44,913 bases of DNA from the NCBI GenBank assembly GCA_032718475.1, contig JAUCBJ010006145.1, positions 1-44,913 on the forward strand. The letters run 5' to 3'. The notes under the pieces are model-generated. The model was given only the letters and a program-made list of their open reading frames with translations. It was not told the origin of the DNA and ran no database searches. Shown piece after piece: positions 36,397 through 44,913 of this stretch. The position numbers and the translations under genes are program-made. Origin of the DNA: Nemertoderma westbladi (taxonomy: Eukaryota > Animalia > Xenacoelomorpha). How positions within the stretch are numbered: position 1 is the first letter of the stretch; each line of letters opens with the position of its first letter.

Positions 36397-37229
36397 TATG
36401 AAGCGCCGTTTACGCCAAAACTATCTGAATAAATATTATACTCAAGATGTGTCAATAAAAAATATTATACTTAAGATGTATCTAAATTCTCGGCCGAGAT
36501 TCTCGGCCGAGTTTTTCTCGGCCGAGATCTCGGCCGAGTTTTCTCTGCCGAGTTTTCTCGGCCGAGATTCTCGGCCGAGTTTTTCTCGGCCGAGTTTTTC
36601 TCGGCCGAGTTTTTCTCGGCCGAGAAAGTATTAAAATATGAAACGGCGGGAAATTTAAAATGGCATTGTATTTGCAATAATTACAGTATTTACGGCACGC
36701 ATTTTGGATGTTAGCGAACGAACTATTTCAAGGCGTTGTAAACAATATGGACTGAATAATAATAAATACTCTGATATAGATAATGTCAACCTTGATAAAG
36801 CTATACGACATATATTGAGCAATATTTCCCGCTGTTACAACTTTTAAGATTATAAATTCTCGGCCGAGAAAAACTCGGCCGAGAATCTCGGCCGAGATCT
36901 CGGCCGAGAAAAACTCGGCAGAGAAAACTCGGCCGAGATCTCGGCCGAGAAAAACTCGGCCGAGAATAACTCGGCCGAGAAAAACTCGGCAGAGAAAACT
37001 CGGCCGAGATCTCGGCCGAGAAAAACTCGGCCGAGATCTCGGCCGAGAATAGTCTCGGCCGAGAAAAGAAAAACTCGGCAGAGAAAACTCGGCCGAGATC
37101 TCGGCCGAGAAAAACTCGGCCGAGAATCTCGGCCGAGAATTTAGATACATCTTAAGTATAATATTTTTTATTGACACATCTTGAGTATAATATTTATTCA
37201 GATAGTTTTGGCGTAAACGGCGCTTCATA
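36397..37229. mobile_element. Non-autonomous IS3EU-like DNA transposon (foldback structure)
   Basis: TATG...CATA termini; >130-bp TIRs running into CTCGGCCGAG palindrome arrays; 6-bp TSD CATATC (36391-36396 and 37230-37235); internal + strand remnant ARILDVSERTISRRCKQYGL...YSDIDNVNLDKAIRHI (HTH). Confidence 0.75.
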
Positions 37230-37720
37230 CATATCTATTCTATTTCATTCCTGTATTAACTCAGTTAACTTAAGTACATTCCTGCCTTCTTTCATTATTA
37301 CAGTCAGTCACTGCTAACAATCACTCATTAGGTAATTTGGTTAGAGTACCGGTACCGATATACATACATAGAGCCACCGGCAGACCGCTAATATTTAAAT
37401 GTAATTATTTATTAGGTGGGATGGACGCACCATATAATATAATACAGAAATAGTTAATGATTCACCATTTACTATACTGCTATAGGGAAAGGGCTACTAA
37501 CTGACTAACAGTACAGCAGTAGGCCTATACAAAATGTACCGGTAGTCGGTAGTTATTTTTGGTATGCAAATTTATATAGTAAAAAGCTACAATAAAATAG
37601 TAAAAACAAGAAAACAAGCGTGAAATCGCGCAAAGGTCAGAAGGTCCGCGTCTACTAACGCATGAACTGTCTCCTTGAATGGCTTACTACCAATCTTACT
37701 AACAAAAAAATTCACAAAAA

Positions 37721-37788
37721 CGCTGGATTGAACTCGGTGCCTAGAGATTCCAAGTCCCCCGCTCTCTACCAAGCGATCCACCCCACGC
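37721..37788 (-). other. tRNA-derived SINE-like head or tRNA pseudogene
   Basis: Minus strand has an A-box-like TGGATCGCTTGGTAGAG, an anticodon-like arm GGGA-CTTGGAA-TCTC, a B-box-like GAGTTCAATCC, then T-runs. The acceptor stem does not pair well. Confidence 0.45.
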
Positions 37789-38594
37789 CGTATGATCTAC
37801 GAAGCCATAAAACCAAAACCAAACTGGAAATTAACAACAACAACAACAACAACAATACCAACAACAACGGAGTGAACCGACAGAAATTGAAAAACAACTA
37901 AAAAAACAAAAAAGTGAAACAACTGAAAATACCTTAATATGCAACAGGGAACAAAGAAATACCATTGAAACGTAGTGGCGATATATTAGTTTATAATGGT
38001 ATAGCGTATAGGCCGCCATTTTGTAATCGTAATACAGAACATGAAATAACCTTACTAAAAGTATGGCTGTAGGGGTTAGATAAAATGAACAATATGGTAT
38101 TTTTTTGAGTAGTGTCTACATCATTGTCCAGAATAGGGTGTTTCCCTTCACTTCTATGGGGCTTTCTATTATTCCTACCTGTCCCAAATACGTTGTATAA
38201 TGATTTCCAACCTGTCCAATATAGGGGCATCCAATCAAATCATCATATGAGCCAACTCCTCGTCATCGGACCAATACCAACATTCCTAAAGTTAGGCATC
38301 TCCCTTATTGGCTATATAATGTAAAGGTTAATGGAAAATTCCACTGATATATAATCCAAGTGTCAGCTACGAATCCAGGGCTCATTATAACAACCTATAC
38401 TGGACAGAGCAACGTATTTGGGACAAGAGCTGGTTGAGGTATATGTACAGTGGAAATTCCCATTCTAAATAATTGCATTTGGAATACATGTTCCCTAGTT
38501 ATGGTCAAAGATATACTGTGGGTGCCTTGCAAATGGCCTGTAAGACTGTGATGCATTATAGGCTATAGTGTCACCATAGTCACATTATTTCATT

Positions 38595-38704
38595 TCATGT
38601 TGTGCAATTTATTCATATTGTGCAATTTATTCATGTTATGCAATTTATTCATTGTGCAATTTATATTCATTGTGCAATTTATTCATGTGGTGCAATTTAT
38701 TCAC
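38595..38704. repeat. ~16-19-bp imperfect tandem repeat (TGTGCAATTTATTCAT), ~6 copies
   Basis: Direct inspection. Confidence 0.8.
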
Positions 38705-38819
38705 ATATAATAAATCTAAATACATTCGTATAATAATAATTAAATGACAATCAAATTAGTGATATCGCAACCTCCTCCCCCAGACTTAACTTCATCCCAA
38801 ATAGTCCTTAATAAGTCTT

Positions 38820-41525
38820 AAATTTGACTCAAATAGGTTGTTTGTGTCCCATATAGGGTGTTTGTGTAACGTATAGGGTGTGAAGTACTTATAATGATTT
38901 CAAATAGTTTCGAAATGTAATGGAATACTCAAAAGAATATAGAATTCACTATCATAGCTTTCATTTAAATTTGTCCCAAATAGGTTGTTTGTGTCCCATA
39001 TAGGGTGTTTGTGTCCCATATAGGGTGTTTGTGTCCCAAATAGCGTGTCACTTTCTCAAAATGATTTTAAATAATTTCTAAATCTCATGGAATACTCAAA
39101 AGAATATATAATTTAATACCATAGCTTTAATTTCAATTTGTCCCAAATAGGTTGTTTTTGTCCCAAATAGGGTGTTTGTGTCCCGTATAGGGTGTGAATT
39201 GCGTATAATGATTTCGAATATTTTCTAAATGTAATGGAATACTCAAAAGAATATAGAATTCACTATCATAGCTTTAATTTAAATTTGTCCCAAATAGGTT
39301 GTTTATGTCCCATATAGGGTGTTTGTGTCCCATATAAGGTGTTTGTGTCCCAAATAGCGTGTGACTTTCTCAAAATGATTTTACATAGTTAATAAATATA
39401 ATGGAATACTCAAAAGAAAATATAATTCAATGTCATAGCTTTAATTTAAATTTGTCCCAAATAGGTTGTTTTTGTCCCATATAGGGTGTTTTTGTGCCAA
39501 ATAGCGTATGACTTTCTCAAAATGATTTTACATAGTTTATAACTATAATGGAAATACTCAAAAAGAAAATAGAATCCACTATCATAGCTTTAATTTAAAT
39601 TTGTCCCAAATAGGTTGTTTGTGTCCCATATAGGGTGTTTTTGTCCCATATAGGGTGTTTGTGTCCCAAATAGCGTGTGACTTTCTCAAAATGATATTAC
39701 ATAGTTTATAAATATAATGGAATACTCAAAAGAAAATATAATTTACTATCATAGCTTTAATTTAAATTTGTCCCAAATAGGTTGTTTTTGTCCCATATAG
39801 GGTGTTTGTGTGCCAAATAGCGTATGACTTTCTCAAAATTATTTTACATAGTTTATAAATATAATGGAATACTCAAAAGAAAATATAATTTACTATCATA
39901 GCTTTAATTTAAATTTGTCCCAAATAGGTTGTTTTTGTCCCATATAGGGTGTTTGTGTGCCAAATAGCGTATGACTTTCTCAAAATTATTTTACATAGTT
40001 TATAAATATAATGGAAATACTCAAAAGAAAATAGAATCCACTATCATAGCTTTAATTTAAATTTGTCCCAAATAGGTTGCTTGTGTCCCATATAGGGTGT
40101 TTGTGTCCCGTATAGGGTGTGAAGTGCTTATAATGATTTCAAATAGTTTCGAAATGTAATGGAAATACTCAAAAGAAAATAGAATCCACTATCATAGCTT
40201 TAATTTAAATTTGTCCCAAATAGGTTGTTTGTGTCCCATATAGGGTTTTTGTGTCCCGTATAGGGTGTGAAGTGCTTATAATGATTTCAAATAGTTTCGA
40301 AATGTAATGGAATACTCAAAAGAATATAGAATTCACTATCCTAGCTTTAATTTAAATTTGTCCCAAATAGGTTGTATATGTCCCATATAGGGTGTTTGTG
40401 TCCCATATAGGGTGTTTGTGTCCCATATAGGGTGTTTGTGTCCCAAATAGCGTGTGACTTTCTCAAAATTATTTTACATAGTTTATAAATATAATGGAAT
40501 ACTCAAAAGAAAATATAATTTACTATCATAGCTTTAATTTAAATTTGTCCCAAATAGGTTGTTTTTGTCCCATATAGGGTGTTTGTGTGCCAAATAGCGT
40601 ATGACTTTCTCAAAATTATTTTACATAGTTTATAAATATAATGGAAATACTCAAAAGAAAATAGAATCCACTATCATAGCTTTAATTTAAATTTGTCCCA
40701 AATAGGTTGTTTGTGTCCCATATAGGGTGTTTGTGTCCCGTATAGGGTGTGAAGTGCTTATAATGATTTCATATAGTTTCAAAATGTAATGGAAATACTC
40801 AAAAGAATATAGAATTCACTATCCTAGCTTTAATTTAAATTTGTCCCAAATAGGTTGTATATGTCCCATAAAGGGTGTTTGTGTCCCATATAGGGTGTTT
40901 GTGTCCCAAATAGCGTGTGACTTTCTCAAAATGATTTTAAATAGTTTCTAAATCTCATGGAATACTCAAAAGAATATAGAATTCACTATCCTAGCTTTAA
41001 TTTAAATTTGTCCCAAATAGGTTGTTTATGTCCCATATAGGGTGTTTGTGTCCCATATAGGGTGTTTGTGTCCCAAATAGCGTGTGGCTTTCTCAAAATA
41101 ATTTAACATAGTTCATAAATATAATGGAATACTCAGAGAAAAATATAATTCACTATCATAGCTTTAATTTAAATTTGTCCCAAATAGGTTGTTTTTATCC
41201 CAAATAGGGTGTTAGTGTAATAGTTTATAAATATAATTGAATAATAAAAAAAATATTTTTTCCTTTATAAACTATGTAAAATCATTTTGAGAAAGTCATA
41301 CGCAATTTGGGACACACACACCCTATATGGGACATAAACAACCTATTTGGGACAAATACAAATTAAAGCTATGATAGTGGATTCTATATTCTTTTGAGTA
41401 TTCCATTACATTTAGAAAATATTTTTGAAATCATTATAAGCAATTCACACCCTATACAGGACACAAACAGCCTCTATGGGACAAAAACAACCTATTTGGG
41501 ACAAATTGAAATTAAAGCTATAGTA
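38820..41525. repeat. AT-rich satellite with 147-149/167/187-bp units (~16 copies), plus an inverted block at about 41265-41525
   Basis: The anchor TTGTCCCAAATAGG recurs at 38971, 39138, 39285, 39452, 39601, 39768, 39915, 40063, 40211, 40358, 40545, 40693, 40841, 41008 and 41175. Confidence 0.95.
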
Positions 41526-41529
41526 CATG

Positions 41530-44500
41530 AATTCCATCGTTACGGAATTTCAAATCGCACGTGTTTTCTAAACTTTGGGTCAAAATAGCAGCTTGGTTTG
41601 CAATTGCCAATGCAAGCTATTATGACGTAAACGTAGTGCGACATATGGCCAACACTGTTGAATGTTAATTTTAAATTCTTAGACTGGTGAATCATGCAGC
41701 ATGTCGCGTCTAAACATCGTTACGGAATTTCACGAAAAAGACAAGCATATTTTTGAAAATTTTGTGATAAACATTTCTGCGAATTATGAGGTTGTTCTGA
41801 ATTAATGAGCTTTGGGTGGGTTAGATATGAAGTGGCATGTATTAGATCCACAACAAACTACACAACGAAATTCATTTAGGCTATCAAATCTAAATTTTCT
41901 TGTCGTTACGGAATTTCAAAGCTGAACGTTACGGAATTTCTTCTGGAAAGTATAGTCAGTGAGACATGGGGCAAATAGTCAATAGGTAGTTGAACTGAAT
42001 TCATTTACTACAAAAGGTGAAAATCCAAAATAGAGACAGACAGATATATTATAGTCAACATTATACAGTAGGCCTACAGTAGAACCAAGTTAATTTACTA
42101 GAAAACTAGAAGCCATAGTAGTAGTCCAGTTCAGGGATTCGATACATTCCCCGACTATTAACAGCAGCTGGTTCCTTAATGGCGACGACGATATCTCCCC
42201 GTTTACAGGATATACTTGTTGCAGTATCGGGCCACTTCCAGCTATATCCAACGCTCTTTTGCATTGCAAGGACGTTGGCAGATTCCCCTAAGATCTGGAC
42301 GATTTTACCTGGTTTGTAATCGCCGTGCTTGACGACAACATAATCACCCTCTTTGAATTCACTAAGCCCCACAGTTGTGGCAGATTCTTCAGGGTGGAGT
42401 ATGGTGGGCCCCTTTGCATTTGGAAGAATGTTACTGAAACTGTGGATCTTGGTGGTAGTATCATTGCCATAGCGGCGGATGCTAATCGCTTCATTGTTTA
42501 AAAGCGGTTCAACATGATGGATTGAGAGACAATTGGGAACTGCATCGACTCGCTGCCACAACTCAGCTGTGTTTTCCGAACACCAATCAGCAATCTCTGC
42601 CTCTGTGATTACAATCACATTGGTGTTCTTGTCAACACTGCGCAGAGCAGTGGCAAATGACTCAGCATCTTGGACAATCATTCGCCGAGAGTTAATCACG
42701 CGCTGAACCATTCCCTTTGCTCGACCTCCAACTGCATCACAGGGCCCCTTCCCATGCGATGTTGCAAAATAATCCCATGTAATAGTGAGCGTAGGAAACA
42801 GGTGTGGTAACACACATCCGACAAGCGACATTATATACTTATTCTTAAACTGTGAACTAGGTCCATCGCTCCATATGTGCAACGTCTTAAGTCCATCTAA
42901 CGTTAAATGTTCCAAGATCTTCACAACACACGCAGACACAGTCTTCTTTTCGTGTTCACGTGAGTCAGATACTACAACCGTATTGTGAGCAGTTCCCTTT
43001 ACAAACACAACGCTCGTAAATATGCCTACCTGTTGTGCATTCCAGTGAGCCGATTGCACCTCATCCTGATATTTACAGGTGAAATTCTCAGCAAAGTCGA
43101 GTTGCATTAATGCATCTTCCGATGATTCGCCCTTTGTAGCCGCCTTAGTTGTTTCATAATAGTCACTCTGGTTCCGCTTGATGAAATGATGAGCCAAAAA
43201 CTTCGGTAACATCGCTTCAAGGGTCTCTATTCCATCTGCAACAGTCCCTCGCCGCTGACTCAGTCGCATTGCCGTTGCAATCCCGTTCTCGTGGAGGGTT
43301 TTCTTCCATTCCCACCAGACGAAAGGTTTACTGGTAGTCGCTGGCGATAGATCATCAATGTAGCAGGCAGCAAATTTATTAGTGCAAATATCACACAGAC
43401 CATGCATGCACTTATTATTGGTCACGTCACAAACACATTTAGTGATAAATTCATCTCCATACAACGGAAACTGATCTGGCATATCTCGATGCAGTGCCTG
43501 CATTAAACGGATGATGTTCTGGTGATAAATGCATGTGCATACATTGCGCGGCAACTGCGATGACAGCAGGACATGTGCTGGACGCAACATGCAAAATTTG
43601 GAAAACCCAATGTCGTCCTTATCATTTGGCTGTTCAATATAGACTTCATATGCCTCTCGCAGCGTCATTACCATATGTCGCTTTTGTTTACGAACCTTTA
43701 CACGATCTTCGTAAACAGACATCTGATCTGCCTTGCCTGGTGCCTGTCGAGATATTTCATCCGACAAGTAATGCTGCTTAACCTTGGTGATGACCTCGTC
43801 ACTTAAACGTTGGCGATGAATTTCAACTACTGGCCGTTCATTCACCAACGATTGGTCCAGAGATAACTTCCGTATCACGGCCTTTCTTTTCCGCGGGCTA
43901 TTTGGTAAAGTGCGTTTCACTCGTGCAACTGCTTTGCCTAGCAATTGGCACGTAGAATATCCAGCTGCTTGGCCTGATTTCGCTGTCGATGCAGATACAG
44001 TCAGCTTATTTCGGCGGCATTTCAGCAGACTCGTATTCTGTCTCCTGCGCAACTTGTCTAGACTACGTGGAGATAACGACTTTCGTTTAGCTGCCTTCCT
44101 TTCACTCTCTTGTTTCAAGAAACCCACTCTATCTTTCTCGATTCTACGTTCCCTGTACTCATGCTGCCTTTGAGCGTTAGTTTTTGCCATTTTACTACCG
44201 GTAAATAAACTTTGTAAGTACAGCAGCTACTGCCTAATTAGGTAGCCTACACCATGTGTGGACTACAGAAACCGAAAGTAATTTGTGATACTGTAGTTGG
44301 GCGATACCAGACGTAGGCCTACAGGATATTTCGTTACGGAATTTCAAAAACGAAATTCCGTAACGATATTTTGAAATTCCGTAACGGCTTTTTCTCAGCT
44401 TTACATGCATCATAATTTACGGGACAACATCTGGCTGGTTGACACTGATGAACCGAAAGAGGAATCTTGTTTTTAACCCACAATGTCCAATATCCATCTA

Positions 44501-44913
44501 CAGGTAAGAAGTTTCCTATGTTTTTCGTTACGGAATTTCAGAATTCGCAATTGCGTTTTTATACTTCGGTTTTTTGATCCCTGTGAGCACAGAACACCAT
44601 AAGCGTGGCTGATATTTAATCAACCACAGCCTCTTATGATAGCTTACAATTATTGGTTTCAAAATCTGTGGGAAAATGTGGCATTCTCTGTTTACCTACC
44701 TTCAAATAATGGCTAAAATCACATGCAAATTTACAAAAATTTTCCGTAAGTATATGCTTGTATTCAAACAGGCGCCGAGCGGCGCCATATTGTCGGCATG
44801 GTGAAACTCTTCTTGTTTCAAGTACTTCAGGACATTAGTTGAGAGCTCCCATATTTGAAAATAGACATTGGGGGGTTTGATAATTGACATGCCATGTCCG
44901 TTTTCTCATGGAA
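41530..44913 (-). mobile_element. DNA transposon body with a repeated subterminal motif CGTTACGGAATTTC
   Basis: Motif near 41539, 41718, 41904, 41927, 44332 and 44526, and inverted near 44352 and 44372. It flanks the transposase ORF; the right end probably lies at or beyond the window edge. Confidence 0.6.
42106..44190 (-). CDS. Intact 694-aa DDD-type DNA transposase, Sola2-like
   Basis: Basic N-terminus; Cys/His cluster CTCIYH...CVC...C...C..C; catalytic-type motifs DFAEN..QDEVQSAHW, WSDGPSSQFKN, FATSHGKGPCDAVGG; Tudor/SH3-like C-terminus. Confidence 0.72.
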   Translation of the reverse strand: MAKTNAQRQHEYRERRIEKDRVGFLKQESERKAAKRKSLSPRSLDKLRRRQNTSLLKCRRNKLTVSASTAKSGQAAGYSTCQLLGKAVARVKRTLPNSPRKRKAVIRKLSLDQSLVNERPVVEIHRQRLSDEVITKVKQHYLSDEISRQAPGKADQMSVYEDRVKVRKQKRHMVMTLREAYEVYIEQPNDKDDIGFSKFCMLRPAHVLLSSQLPRNVCTCIYHQNIIRLMQALHRDMPDQFPLYGDEFITKCVCDVTNNKCMHGLCDICTNKFAACYIDDLSPATTSKPFVWWEWKKTLHENGIATAMRLSQRRGTVADGIETLEAMLPKFLAHHFIKRNQSDYYETTKAATKGESSEDALMQLDFAENFTCKYQDEVQSAHWNAQQVGIFTSVVFVKGTAHNTVVVSDSREHEKKTVSACVVKILEHLTLDGLKTLHIWSDGPSSQFKNKYIMSLVGCVLPHLFPTLTITWDYFATSHGKGPCDAVGGRAKGMVQRVINSRRMIVQDAESFATALRSVDKNTNVIVITEAEIADWCSENTAELWQRVDAVPNCLSIHHVEPLLNNEAISIRRYGNDTTTKIHSFSNILPNAKGPTILHPEESATTVGLSEFKEGDYVVVKHGDYKPGKIVQILGESANVLAMQKSVGYSWKWPDTATSISCKRGDIVVAIKEPAAVNSRGMYRIPELDYYYGF

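Noticed and set aside
36398-37228. Two ORFs with identical N-termini (MKRRLRQNYL...) on opposite strands
   Set aside because: A consequence of the terminal inverted repeats, not genes.

Overview
Animal (probably invertebrate) genomic DNA dominated by nested transposable elements and minisatellites. Left part: LINE fragments (RTE-, CR1/L2- and APE-type) and a ~6.25-kb tandem segmental duplication (about 5.56-11.84 kb and 11.84-18.18 kb). Each copy holds a 37-bp minisatellite, a GPCR TM7 exon (GnRH/corazonin-receptor-like), a 33-bp satellite, the 3' half of an RTE-X-like LINE and an LTR. Centre: a 12.76-kb BEL/Pao LTR element (17355-30111, near-identical LTRs, AAAGG TSD) splits the RTE-X-like LINE and itself contains an RTE LINE. 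Its pol is almost entirely deleted, but it carries an intact extra ~860-aa ORF with a DEDDy (WRN/Mut-7/RNase D-like) 3'-5' exonuclease domain and three CCHC knuckles; this is the most interesting feature. Right part: an intronless DBR1 lariat-debranching gene with one homopolymer frameshift, a MITE, an IS3EU-like non-autonomous element, a tRNA-derived SINE-like head, a 147/167/187-bp satellite and an intact Sola2-like DDD transposase ORF. All family calls come from motif recognition by eye; no searches were run.
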